This document shows, one piece after another, positions 25,721-39,061 of a DNA stretch of 64,000 nt; the stretch's first letter is position 1, and the number at the start of each line of letters is the position of its first letter. Both the position numbers and the translations under genes were made by a program. The notes beneath the pieces are model-generated. The model was given only the letters and a program-made list of their open reading frames with translations, searched no databases and was not told the origin of the DNA. The stretch is from Octopus sinensis (Eukaryota): assembly GCF_006345805.1 (NCBI RefSeq), contig NC_043014.1, positions 42,532,001 through 42,596,000 of the forward strand, given 5' to 3'.

Positions 25721-26909
25721 TGTTTGTGTGTATGCATATGTCTGCATACTGATATATTCACTCACAAATATTATCTGTTAGGACATAGTATGCACGCACA
25801 CTTTATCATACATATACAAACACATACACATACACATAAAATTCACTTCACTTGTCCATTAGTTTGTTCTATTTTGTAATTTCTCTCTTTTTTTTCTTTC
25901 TTTTCTTTTGCTTTTTCGGTAGCCTAAACCATCATTGTTGTTTGGTTTTCAAAAACATTCTTTTAAATTATTTCCAATGTTATTCGGAACAGATCAATGA
26001 TACCTGGTGTCTAGGTCTAGAGAATGGTTATTTTTGTTTATGCCATTTCTTGTTTTTGTTATTGTTGTTTAACCCAAGGTTGGCCCTGATTGAACAAATC
26101 TATGACCAAAGGTATGCCGGTCAAGACCACCCCATGTTTTTACTAAATGCAGGGAACCCAGGGGCCCTGTTATCTTATCTAACATCTGGGTGTAGTTGAG
26201 GGAGATTTGACTATTATTTCTAGCAGGTTGAGCAACCATTTAGAGGCTCCCAGTTGTTAGTAGTTGCTGTAATGTTTCTGTGGTTACGAGACAATCCGCA
26301 AGGCATGACATTTTGGGGGAGGAGACTAGGCGATTACATCAACCCCAGTGTTTCACTGGTACTTAATTTATCGACTCTGAAAGGATGAAAGGCAAAGACG
26401 CCTTCGGTAGAATTTGAACCCAGAACATAAAGACGGACAAAATGCCGCTAAGCATTTTTCACGGTGTGCTAACGATTCTGCCAGCTCACTGCCTTTGTTG
26501 AGACAAACTCTCGGAGTGGTTGGCATTAGGAAGGGCATCCAGCTGTAGAAACTCTGCCAAATCAAGATTGGAGCCTGGTGCAGCCATCTGGTTCGCCAGC
26601 CCTCAATCAAAATCGTCCAACCCATGCTAGCATGGAAAGCGGACGTTAAACGATGATGATGATGATGATGATGAATGATGTGTTCTTGAACAGTTAAAGC
26701 CATGACCTGATTTCAATTCTTTGTGTATGACATTCCAAAGTCTGGTTTCATTCTGCCTTCACTAATGCCCTTGAAAAAAGCATGAACGTCAGGGCTACCT
26801 ATTTACTGTCCAGCTTAAAGTTCAGGCCATGTGCTGATGTCCTAATTCAGCAGGTCTCAAGCTGACAAATGTCTGACACCCACTGCTAACCCTTAAAAAA
26901 AAATATATA

Positions 26910-26986
26910 CAGAATGTCCATAAATTATCTTCACAATTTGATACACTACATTGTGGAAGTTGTAAAAGTATTTTATGGACACTCTG
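26910..26986. mobile_element. 77-bp Tc1/mariner-like MITE
   Basis: TA|cagaatgtccataaa ... tttatggacactctg; right TA is mutated. Confidence 0.55.
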
Positions 26987-27456
26987 CATATCATTTTTTA
27001 TCTTTTATAATTTATTTGTTTCAGTCATTAGCTTGTTGCCATGCTGGAGCACCACCTTGAAGAATTTTTGATCGAATGCATCAACCCCCGTCCTTACTTT
27101 TTTTATAAGCCTGATATTTATTCTATTCAGTTTCTTTAGCCAAACTGCTAAGTTACAGGGATTTAAGCACCCCGACACTGGTTGTCAAATGATGGTGGGA
27201 CACACACACACACACACAACACATGCACACACGACAGGTTTCTTTCAGTTTCTGTCTACCAAATCAACTCTAGCTTCTGGAGTTCTGCACCTCATAGTGT
27301 CACCAATTGAAGTTCAATAATTAATGATAGTAGTATTAAACAAGGTTTGTCTACCCATTTTTTTTAGTTCTCAGAACGTAACGGCTGACGAAATACGGCT
27401 ACGCATTTCGCCCGGCGTGCTAACGTTTCTGCCAGCTCGCAGCTGTATATGCATGC

Positions 27457-27497
27457 ACTAGCACTATGACCCGGCAACGCTGGGTCATAGTGCTAGT
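27457..27497. repeat. Perfect 16-bp hairpin resembling a Helitron 3' terminus
   Basis: ACTAGCACTATGACCC-ggcaacgct-GGGTCATAGTGCTAGT; compare the 3' end at 58632-58659. Confidence 0.75.
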
Positions 27498-27993
27498 TAT
27501 TTTTAATGCAATAAGTTTGTCTGAGATAGTAATGAGCTAACTGACATATTTCCTTTGGTATCCTTTCTGCTCTGACTTTCATTCCTTCATCCACCGTTGG
27601 TAAAAATAAACCTGCGTAATAGACCAATACTGACTCAATAAAACAGTGTCCAGCGCTCTATAAAAATTATGTTGATGTCTAGTGTAAAGAAATCTATTTC
27701 CACCACCACCACCAACACCATCATTGCAGATCAAAGTAGATATGAGTAGAAGCAATTAGATGAGGCCATAAAGTGTTGAAGGACCTCCCTGAGGTGATCT
27801 GAAGCTGGCTCATTACAGCCAGACAACTTAATACAGTCAAACGTTTTATTTAGTGCAGCCTGTTTCCATGTCTGGTCTGTCATCGTGTCATCACTTTAAT
27901 AATAATCTTTTATCTTTCACTTGTTTCAGTCAGAGGATTGCGACCATGCTGGGGCACTGCATGGAAGGGTTTTAGTCAAACAAACTTATCGCA

Positions 27994-28397
27994 TTACTCT
28001 TTTACTTGTTTCAGTCATTTGACTGCGGCCATGCTGGAGCATCGCCTTTAATCGAGCAACTCGACCCCCGGGACTTATTCTTTTTGTGAGCCCAGTACTT
28101 ATTCTATCGGTATTTCATTTGCCGAACCGCTAAGTGACGGGGACATAAACACACCAGCATCGGTTGTCAAGCAATGCTACGGGGACAAACGCAGACACAC
28201 AAACACACACGCACATACACATATATACATATATACGACGGGCTTCTTTCAGTTTCCGTCTACCAAATCCACTCACAAGGATTTGGTTGGCCCGAGGCTA
28301 TAGTAGAAGACACTTGCCCAAGGTGCCACGCAGTGGGACTGAACCCGGAACCATGTGTTTGTTAAACAAGCTACTTACCACACAGCCACTCCAGCGC
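27994..28397 (-). mobile_element. SINE A, full length
   Basis: Near-identical reverse complement of 8391-8794. Confidence 0.92.
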
Positions 28398-28990
28398 ATT
28401 ACTTGATTTCTTTTATTCCTTCTTTCTTTTTTTTTCAAGTCTGGTAGTTATTGTATTGGTCTCTTTTGCCAAGCCACTACATTACAGGGATGTAAACAAA
28501 CCGACACTGGTTATCAAGCAGTGAAGGAGACAAGCACAAAAGTGCACACACTCACACACGCACACACACATATACAGTGGTGATGGTGCCACATGAAAAG
28601 CACTGGTGCTGGTACCATGTAAAAAGCACCCAGTACATTCTGTAAAGTGGTTGGCATTAGGAAGGGCATCCCAACCATAGAAACTGTGCCGAAGCAGACT
28701 ATGGAACCTGATGTGGCTCCTGGTCTTGCCAGCTTCTGCCAAGCCACGTTCAACCCATGCCAGCATGGAAAACAGATGTTAAACGATGATGATGATGATA
28801 CACCACATATATGACAGCCTTCCACACAGTTTCCATCTACTGCAGTCTCTTATAAGGCATTGATTGGCCCAAGATTATAGCAAAGATACTTGTCCAAGAT
28901 GCCTTGCAGTGGAACTAAACCTGAAATCACCTGGTTCCAAAGCATGCTTGTTAACCACAAGCCATGCTTGCACTTATAACGATAATTTAA

Positions 28991-29422
28991 CCCTTTTGAT
29001 ACCAACCCAGCTGAAACCGGCTCTGGCTCTGTAGCACAAATGTCTTGTTTTCATAAGTATCAAATTAAAATCTTCCACCAAACCTTAGTCTCAATTTATG
29101 TTCCTAACACTAGCTTAACCCTTTAGTGTTCGCATTATTCTACCAAAATTAATGTTTTGAACTAATCATTCATTAATCTTGTAGCTGTGAGATTTTGATG
29201 AGGTAGTTGCTAATTTTTAAAACGACATTGTAGGGTTGGTGTGAGAGACCAGATCTAGCCAGTTTGGACATAAAACAGGCAGAATACTTTTGGCTGGATA
29301 TGGCCAGTTTAAATGCTAAAGGGTTAATGATAACTAAGTTATTTTACTAAATTCTTTTGTTATATTTAAAATTAATTGAAAGAAACACAGAACATCTCAA
29401 AATAAATACAGTAACAAAAGGG
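28991..29422. mobile_element. MITE family G with MITE E (29119-29323) inserted at an internal TTAA
   Basis: Outer TTAA|cccttttgatacc..gtaacaaaaggg|TTAA; inner TTAA duplicated; uninterrupted G at 45371-45590. Confidence 0.9.
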
Positions 29423-29885
29423 TTAAAGAAAAAATTTTATGTCTAGTTTAAGTTCGTTTGACATCATGGGACATTTGTTGTTAGTATTGTTTTATTATGT
29501 TTATTTTTTTTTTTTTTTCCATTTCGTATTTGCAAAATAATGTCTAGTTTGTGGGTTGTAGTTTTCAAAAGTTATGACTTTTTATTAAAAGGTCAGCATT
29601 AAATTGAGTGGAAAACTTTTAAAAAATCACAAATCCAAGATAAACTGGGGGTTGAGGGGCAAGTGTGTGTTTGTATGTGTGTGTGATGATATATATATAT
29701 ATCATCATCATCATTTAGCATCCGCTTTCTATGCTAGCATGGGTTGGACGTTTCAACTGGGGTCTGTGAAGCCAGAAGGCTGCATCAGGCCCAGTCTGAT
29801 CTGGCAGTGTTTCTACGGCTGGATGCCCTTCTTAACGCCAACCACTCTGTGAGTGTAGTGGGTGCTTTTTACGTGCCACCCGCAC

Positions 29886-29918
<33 letters not shown>

Positions 29919-29923
<5 letters not shown>

Positions 29924-29971
29924 ATAGACAGACAGACAGACAAACATAGATAGACAGACAGACAGACAAAC

Positions 29972-30006
<35 letters not shown>

Positions 30007-30039
30007 AACATACATAGATAGACAGACAGATAGACAAAC

Positions 30040-30070
<31 letters not shown>

Positions 30071-30104
30071 AACATAGATAGATAGATAGATAGATAGATA
30101 GACA
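29919..30104. repeat. (GATA)/(GACA) microsatellite
   Basis: Read directly. Confidence 0.96.
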
Positions 30105-30779
30105 GATTGAGAGAAGTATGATTGAATCAGTTAGTGTTAAGTATCTTTGCCAAATATATTACAAGACAGTTTTTGCGATGCCAGGGGCGTGGGGACTATG
30201 GAAAGCCTTCAGCTGATGGTACTTCAAACATGTCATCGACTCTCCCAGCTGCAACTCTTATACACTGTGGCTTAGAAAATTTAGAATTAAAAAAAATGAT
30301 ATAATAATAATTGGACATGATGAGGTTTAAAGTCTTACCAACCTAAACAATATGGAATTCATTATCAGAATAGTTATAGCTCATGATTTAGGAAAACTGG
30401 AATGAATAACATAACTGTGTATACGTAATAGAAAAAAATTTCTGTAGATTATTCGTGTTAATATGTGTTTAATTAATAAGCATGCTGACTTCGTTAAGTG
30501 GTGGCAAATTTGAACTGGGAAACTATAAAACTATAAAATTTTGTTTTTTTGTCCATGATTCATTATGTAAGACTACTTCGTTAAAGCGGACACTTAAGCT
30601 GCCACAGAAGGGGCTGTTTGTTGTAGGAAACAAACGTACATCTGTTATGGATGAAATAAGCAATTTGTATAACAATAAACTGATAGTGTGATACTGGAAA
30701 TTTGCAACAAATAAATAAATTAATAATAATAATTATTATTGTTATTATTATTATTATTATTATTGTTATTATTATTATT

Positions 30780-31052
30780 GAGTGAGAGAGCAGTTCATGC
30801 CATCAACGTGACACTGGTGTAAAATATACGAAGCCCAATATACCCATCATGACTACCCGTCTGATAAGGGTACACCAGGCACATGCATCACAACCATATG
30901 TGCGCGACATGGTGATCTCATATCCAGATAAACAGCACATGACCTTGCAGGTGGGGCCCAGTTAGAATTTTCTTCAGGTTGAGTAACCCATCCCGCTCAA
31001 AAGGTCCCTGAATAAGGATTGTTTAAGGATGTTGAAAGAACCACCCATGTTT
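30780..31052 (-). mobile_element. Probable LINE 3' end inserted in (TAA)n (R4/Dong-like by target)
   Basis: Complex ~270-bp block flanked on both sides by (ATT)n. Clade inferred only from the known (TAA)n targeting of Dong. Confidence 0.4.
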
Positions 31053-31076
31053 ATTATTATTATTTTATTATTATTA

Positions 31077-31110
<34 letters not shown>

Positions 31111-31374
31111 TACCGTCCAACCCATGCTAGCATCGAAGACGGACGTTAAACAATGATGATGATGATGACGATATTATTATTATTATTATTATTTAGATAT
31201 GGTGATTGAGTGAGATAATTTTTTACAAGACTTTCTTTCTTTATATATTTTGTTTGTTTTTTTTGTTTATATCTTTTTTTTTACTTCAGTTTTTATATCG
31301 TAATTTAGAATTTAGAATTCAACTTTGCTTTAAATTTAAAGAATAATAAGGAAGTTTTTGTGGGGAGAAACCTG

Positions 31375-31409
<35 letters not shown>

Positions 31410-31644
31410 AAAACTGTTGTTGATGTGTTTACATCCATAAACTTAGCAGTTTGGCAAAAGAGACTGATGGAATAAGAACTTGGTTAAAAAAAAAAATGTA
31501 CTGGGGTAAATTCCTTCAATTAAAAATTCTTCAGGGCAGTGCCCCAGCATGGCCATAGTCAAAATGACTGAAGCGAGTAAAACAAAAGATTATAGGGAAG
31601 CAAGAAAAGTCTGGAAGGTAAAAGTTCTTAACGATTGAGATACA

Positions 31645-31965
31645 TGAAGGCATATGGCCGAGTGGTTAGCAGTAATCAGCTCACAATCATAAGGTCAAGG
31701 GTTCAACTCCCTGCAGTGTGTTTTGTCCTTGAGCAAGACACTTTATTTCATGTTGCTCCAGTCCACTCAGCTGGCAAAAATGAGTTGTACCTGTATTTCA
31801 AAGGTCCAGCCTTGTCACATCCTATGTCACGCTGAATCTCCCTGGGAACTACATTAAGGATCTGTGTGTCTGTGGTCTGTGGAGCACTCAGCCACTTTTA
31901 TGTTAATTTCACAAGTGGGCGTTCTGTTGATCCAGATCAACTGGAACCCTCATCGTCATAACTGA
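31645..31965 (+). mobile_element. SINE family F
   Basis: Head, core and tail match 17254-17580. Confidence 0.85.
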
Positions 31966-32144
31966 TAGATTGATACTCTGTAAGATGAAGTGGGAAAGAA
32001 GTCCATAGTATTGATTTGGTTTAGATTGGTAAGTAAAATCCATGGTATCACTAGTGAAAAACTTGCAATTTACGGAAACGGAGCATCTAGAAAGCACTTC
32101 AGCTCAACCAATATATTGCCTGGAACCAACTCTTCATTTCGGTA

Positions 32145-32721
32145 GATCCTGCATCGCTGCACTTAATGTCGGAGTTTAAGCACTTGTTTAGCCAGAGCAT
32201 TCATTTGTGTGCACCTATTATCTATATGTCCGTCAACAGCTTATTACCTACCATTTACATGCATGTGTGTGTGTGGAGAGAGAGTGAGGGGTCATACCTG
32301 AACATCTTACATGCTCTTGTCTCCAATTTAGTTTTTTATGTAAATTATGTTTCGAATTATTATACTAAGCTGGTATTGGCTGAATTGTTTTGAAAACATG
32401 GGTATTTATATCTGTATTTTGAAGAATATATTTTGGCTGATCCTGCGCCGCTGCACTTAATGTCGGAGCTTAAGCACTTGTTTAGTTAGATCATTTGTTT
32501 GTGTGCACCTATTATCTATGTGTCCTTCGACGTCTTATTACCTACCATTTACGTGTGTGTGTGTGTAGAGAGAGAGAGAGAGGAGTCATACCTGAACGTC
32601 TTACATGTTATTGTCTCCAATTTAGTTTTCCTTATGTAAATTATGTTTCCATCTTTTATACCAAGCTGTTATTGGACTGAATCGTTTCGAAAACATGGAT
32701 TTTTATATCTGTATTTTGAAG
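32145..32721. repeat. Diverged tandem duplication, period about 294 bp
   Basis: gatcctgc..gctgcacttaatgtcggag starts at 32145 and 32439; both units end tatatctgtattttgaag. Confidence 0.88.
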
Positions 32722-32822
32722 TACGTTCTTTTATTCTTTTACATGTTTCAGTCATTTCACTGTGGCTGATGGTAGTTGGGGTAAACACACGCACATGCAC
32801 ACAAATATATATATATATATAT

Positions 32823-33180
32823 ATCATCATCATCATCATCATCATCATTTAACGTCGCTTTCCATGCTAGCATGGGTTGGACGGTTCAACTGGGGTCTGG
32901 GAGCCCAAAGGCTGCACCAGGCCAGTCAGATCTGGCAGTGTTTCTACAGCTGGATGCCCTTCCTAACGCCACCACTCCGAGAGGGTAGTGGTGATTTTAT
33001 GTGCCACCAACACAGGTGCCAGACGAGGCTGGCGAACGGCCACGCTCGGATGGTTTGTTTTGTGCCACCGACACAGGGCCAGACGAGGCTGGCAAACGGC
33101 CACGCTCGGATGGTGTTTTTATGTGCCACCGACACAGGTGCCAGACGAGGCTGACGAACGGCCACGATCGGATGGTGTTT
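32823..33180 (-). mobile_element. Family B element with 3 similar ~57-bp units
   Basis: (CAT)n tail plus repeated gccagacgaggctggc..cggccacg..cggatgg. Confidence 0.88.
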
Positions 33181-33202
33181 CTTACGTATATATATATATA
33201 TA

Positions 33203-33391
33203 GGGAGAATTCACAAAAAACCAAGACGAAGGCAGGTGGTGTTGACAACAAACAGATGTATTAGTATAATGCTTGAAAATTGAAAAAAATCTTTAACGTT
33301 TCAAGCCTATGCTCATCAACAGAAAGGAACACAGAAAGAAACAAGGAGAGAGAATAAAGAATGTGTAGTGGCTAGCGATCTATCATGGCGA
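33203..33391 (-). mobile_element. Family D copy 3
   Basis: Minus strand CTTT-CTGTTGA-T-GAGC-atag-GCTT-GAAAC-GT-T-AAAG. Confidence 0.6.
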
Positions 33392-33396
33392 ATTAT

Positions 33397-33450
<54 letters not shown>

Positions 33451-35625
33451 ATATATATATATATATATCTGAAATGAGCTTCTTTCAATTTCCATTTACA
33501 AAATTCACTCACAAAGCTTTGGTCAGCCCGAGGCTATAGTAGAAGACACTTGCCCGAGGTGCCATGCCGTGGGACTGAACCCAGAACCATGTTGTTGAGA
33601 AGCAAGCTTCTCACCACACAGCAACTCCTACTCCTATATTTATTTTATTTACTGATACAAATTCTTAAAACAAATGACGGCTAAAAAAATAACAAAACTA
33701 AACACTTCCACATATGTCAGTTCGGGCTGGAACTATTTTAAATGAATTATATAAAAGCCTGGTGCTTGGGTTAAGACACTCAACTACAGTCCACGTGGTC
33801 TTAAGTTCAAACCTCACACTAGCAATTGTGGTTTGCCCCTAAGAGCAGGTACATAAATAATGCTGATTTTTCTCAGATTGCCTGACATTGGTGGGGGTCT
33901 ACCTGTGTCATGATTAAGAAGCTGGTTGTAAGAGGATTCCAGTAAAAAATCAATTGTTTCAATGGTATGAAAATGTTGAAATTTGTCAAAATAATCGCAT
34001 CAGTGATAGCATGGATAAAATAGATATAAAAAGTAATCTTGTAAACAAATAGGGCGTGTACAAATGTGTCTGTATATGTATGTATGTGTGTGTGTGTGTT
34101 TGTGTGTAGAAATGTTCTTTTTGTTGCTTACTGGTTGAATACATTTTTATCTTTGAATGCAATTTGAAACCAGACATGAAATTTTTTTTTCATTTTTAAT
34201 TTTTAGTTTTACTTCTAAAAATGTCAAATGTGACACTTGCTATGTAAAATATCTATATTGGCTCTGAACTTGAAGCTAGGATGTGTGTGTGTGTGTATGT
34301 ATACATACACACACACTCAGATGGTAACATTTAAACCAATAACGATTACTAGTTGACTGGCTTCAGTCATCAGACTGCATCCGCGCTGGAGTACCTCCTG
34401 GCTTAAAGGGTCCCATCAATGAAATCAATCCCAGTACTTATTTTTTTTTAAAGTTTGGTACTTATTTTATTGGTCTTTTTTTTGTTTGGTTTTTGCCGAA
34501 CTGCTGAGTTACAGGGACATAAACAAACCAATACCGGTTGTCAAACAATGTTCAGAGGGACAAAAACAAAGGCACACACATATTCATGCACATGTATGTA
34601 TGTGTGTATGCATGACATGTAAATCATTCAACATCTTTGTGGTGCAATTTTGCCATTTCCCCCCCCTACATTTTCATCCCTCTACATCAATCAAATACAA
34701 CAAAATTTAATATATGTTTGTTGTTAACTCTTTCCCCCTTTCAGTACTGTGTTTTAGAGCTCAAGTAACCCCTTATATAATTTTAACACCAGTTCCTTCA
34801 ATTTGCTACATATCCATCGGTTTTTCTACAAAGCTATTTTTTTTTTATTGCCCACAAGGGGCTGAACATATAGTGGACAAACAAGGACAGACAAACGGAT
34901 TAAGTCGATTACATCGACTCCAGTGCATAACTGGTACTTAATTTAATGACCCCGAAAGGATGAAAGACTAAGTCGACCTCAGGGGAATTTGAACTCAGAA
35001 CACAGCAGCGGACGAAATAGCACAAAGCATTTTGCCCGGCTTGCTAACGTTTCTGCCAGCTCGCCGCCTTCTATTTTGAAGTGCTAGCAGCTACACTTGT
35101 GAAATTTCTGGTCAGTTTCTTATTCAGGTCACACACGGTCAAGACTGCTACTTATTTTATCGATCTCAAAAAAAAAATGAAAGACAAAGTTGACTTCAGT
35201 GGGATTTGAACTCTTAATCTAAAGCCTGACAAAATATTGCCCAAGCGATTTGCCCAGCATGCTAATGTTTCTTCCAGCTGGCCACCTTATTAACTCTTGC
35301 ATATTTAACTGCTATCATAGAGATTGTCAGAAAATATTATTTATAAAGTAAACATTATAATTAGTTTGCCAGCATGGAATACTGATGCTAAATGACGACA
35401 ATGATGATGATGGTGGTGGCGACATTATTATTACTATTATTATTATTATTATTAAAATTATAGTATTTTGTTTAGTTTGAAATTCACTTATTTTACATTC
35501 ATTGCACATATCTTTCTCAAAGGAAATCAGATTCAAGGTCAGTTTGTAAATGTAAACGAGAATGAAATATTTTTATCATCCTCGGTGTGTTTTGTTTTAA
35601 GTTACATATGAACTTGGTCGATGCT

Positions 35626-36125
35626 GGATGGACGGACGGACGGACGGACGGACACACTGCTAATGGTAAATAATAAATAACTAGCTGAAATTATGCACAA
35701 TAGAGTACTGGAGATAATGTTTGTAATCTTGGTGTTGTGCATTTAGAATGATATTTCATGGCCCTAAACAAAAGCGTATTTATTTTATGCAGTGCTGGAG
35801 GATTAACTAAGAATCAATAATAACCTAGCATACTGAACAAAATGGTGTATGAATATGAAATAATTTATGCTTTTCTTTATTGATGTGATAAATATGCCAG
35901 TTTCATTTTGGGATTTCTGTGAATATACAATTTGTATTACATGAATTATAATTACTGCTCATTATTAACTCTACACGCGTAAGCAAAGCCAGGTTTATTG
36001 TAATCACTCGTCTTTGTCTGTGTGTTTGCAAAATTACTGGAAAACAGCTGAATGGATTTTCACCAAATTTGGCAAAAATACTCGTTGGTTAAGTGGCTTG
36101 AACTCATTAAATTTTAGTTCAGTTA
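35626..36125. mobile_element. Possible Helentron-associated (HINE/DINE-1-like) remnants
   Basis: (GGAC)n at 35626-35654 and acgcgtaagcaaagccaggtttattgtaatc..gaatggattttcaccaaatttggc at about 35975-36075. Recalled similarity, not searched. Confidence 0.4.
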
Positions 36126-37228
36126 TCTTCAAAACTGGTGGATGAGTGAATCAAAATGTTTTTTTTTTCTGTGTTACATATGCATAAACAATAAGCAGGG
36201 GAAATAACTCTTGATGTCACTTCATTGAAATATGAACTTGTCTGAGAATATATTTATTAAATTAAATTTTATTTTATCCTTGTGTATATGTTGGGTATGC
36301 ATTGCCCCTCTGATACCTTTTTTTTTTCATTTTCTCTGCAATTCAGTACTGACTGTCTCTCTGGGATATCATTTATTTATTTATGCATTCATTATCTTCT
36401 GGATATCGCCATAGCTGAAAAATAGGTACTGCTATCACGGACGTTGAATGGTTAGCATGTAGAAAAGCTTGCAGAGGTAAAAACTTCTTGCTCCAGTAGT
36501 TGATCTGTAGAATGGTTAGAACTTATATAAGCATATAGAATTAGGATCTGGATTCCACCTAGATATACATACATTCTCATTGTATTTTTACTACGTTTTA
36601 TTATACCCTGCTTAATTAATCAATACATTCGATTGAATTGTATTAAATAGTAATTATTACTGTTCAGAGATTTAAGGGTGGGGGCAGCAAAACCAGTTGA
36701 GCACTTTAGTGAATACTTTCTGGTTCAAATCTCTTCAGGTCAGAAGTCCTAGAAATGTATCGCAGTTAATGCAACCATTGCATATAGCTTCCTTGAAAAC
36801 CTGTGCCCTTATGGCGATATGAGAAATAATCATCATCGTTAATTTAATTATCATTGTTATTATTAAGGTGGTGAGCTGGCTGAATCATAAACACACCAAA
36901 CAAAATGCTTAGCAGCATTTTGTCCATCTTTTTGTAGCACCCACTACACTGTAGAAACTTTGCCAAATCAGATTGGAGCCTGGTGCAGCCTCCCGTCTTG
37001 CCAGTTCTCAGGCAAACCGTCCAACCCGTGCCAGCATGGAAAGCAGATGTTAAACGATGAGTACAAATGTCTGTGGAGTACTCAGCCAATTTGCACGTTA
37101 ATGTGTTGGTAGTTCCACCAATCAAACAGCTGCAATACTCAGTATCGGTTTCAAATTTTGGCACAAGGCCAGCAGTTTTGGTGAAGTGGATAAGTTGATT
37201 ACATTGAGCCCATTGCTCAAGTGGTACT

Positions 37229-37459
37229 TAAGGCGGAGAGCTGGCAGAAACGTTAGCATGTCGGGCGAAATGCTTAGCGATATTTCGTCTGCCGTTACGT
37301 TCAAATTCCACCGAGGTTGACTTTGCCTTTCATCCTTTCGGGGTCGATAAATTAAGTACCAGTTACGCACTGGGGTCGATGTAATCGACTTAATACCTAT
37401 GTCTGTCCTTGTTTGTCCCCTCTATGTTTAGCCCTTTGTGGGTAATAAAGAAATAGGTA
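37229..37459 (+). mobile_element. SINE C monomer (reference for the multimers)
   Basis: Full head and a tail ending aataaagaaataggta. Confidence 0.88.
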
Positions 37460-38556
37460 CTTATGTTGTTGACTCCAAAAGAGTGTAAAGGCAAAGTCGA
37501 TCTCAGCGGAGTTTGAACTCAGAATGTATAGACAGACAAAATGTCGCTGTTTTGCCCATTGTGGTAAAAATTTTGCCAGCCCGCTGCCTTAGAAAATACT
37601 CAATATTGAGTCCTGATTTGCATTCCTTTAGTTTTTTACTCCTCTCATGAACAGTCACGTGAAAATATACTTGTGTGAAATATGAATATATATATATATG
37701 TGTGTTTATATATTCATATTTCACCTAATTTCCCTTATAATTAAGATAGCTACTGCAACCACTTGTATTTTAACGATGTGCACTGTTATCTATCTATACC
37801 TATCCACCTGTCTCTATTAGTCGGGCTGTCTCTTCAAACGTATGCCGGTCTACCTGCCTAAAGAAGTTTATATCACTGTCTACTTTGTATGAAAGTGTAT
37901 GGCCGACTGCCTATATAAAAGTATCCGACTGTCTATCTCTACAAGTGTGTATGTCTGTCTACTTCATATACTCTGCCTATATACAAACGCATGCACACAA
38001 GTGTATGTATGTATGTATGTATGTATGTATATATGTTTACTACAGCTCGTTTCCGTCGTCTGACTTCTTGCCTATCAATCTCTTCATGTCTTTTCTATTT
38101 TTATTAACTTTTCTTCTCTTGTCTGGCTACTCACATGAGAGCGAGAGAGAGAAAGGAGAGAGGAAGGAGAGATGGTGAATCCATATGTTTTTCCGTTAGC
38201 CATTTATATCTTTGCTTTTTGGTCTGTCTACACATCATCATCATCATTTTGATTTTATTTCTTGCTTGTCATTATAATTTCTGTCCTCGCCAACCATCAA
38301 CTATGTCTATGATATTATCCATTTGTCTTCAAGCAAATCTTATGTTTGTCTATCTTTTGCATATCTGTTAATTACTTACTTCTTGTAGTCAAAGTACAAT
38401 CATTTGTAATTATTATTATTATTATCATTATTATTATTATTATTATAATCATCATCATCATCATCATTATTATTATTATCATTATTATTATTATTATTAT
38501 TTTGTTTTTGGATTTGGTTTGCAAGATTCTTTATGTGAGTTCGTGTGTTGAAGCAT

Positions 38557-39017
38557 ATTCTGCTGTGTCTGGGGAGAGTCATTCTCTTTTAGTGCCTTAT
38601 TATTTAACACACTCACCGGTAAAATTTCCAACTTATTTCTTATTTTTGTGGAAATTTTACCGGTGAGTATATTAAATAATAAGGCACTAAAAGAGAATGA
38701 CTCTCCCCAGACACAACAGAATTATCATTATTATTATTATTACTATTATTATTATTATAATCATCATCATCATCATCATCATCATTATTATTATTATTTT
38801 GTTTTTGGATTTGGTTTGCAAGATTCTTTATATGAGTTCGTGTGTTGAAGCATATTCTGTTGTGTCTGGGGAGAGTCATTCTCTTTTAGTGCCTTATTAT
38901 TTAACACACTCACCGGTAAAATTTCCAACTTATTTCTTATTTTTGTGGAAATTTTACCGGTGAGTATGTTAAATAATAAGGCACTAAAAGAGAATGACTC
39001 TCCCCAGACACAACAGA

Positions 39018-39019
<2 letters not shown>
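38557..39019. repeat. Two tandem copies (period 297) of a hairpin with 74-bp arms, embedded in (ATT)/(ATC)
   Basis: Arms 38557-38630/38649-38722 and 38854-38927/38946-39019; the second pair matches 73 of 74. Confidence 0.95.

Positions 39020-39061
<42 letters not shown>

Noticed and set aside
27494-27657. Minus-strand frame SAGHCFIESVLVYYAGLFLPTVDEG resembling a trypsin His motif
   Set aside because: No Asp- or Ser-motif exons seen and the similarity is too short to support.
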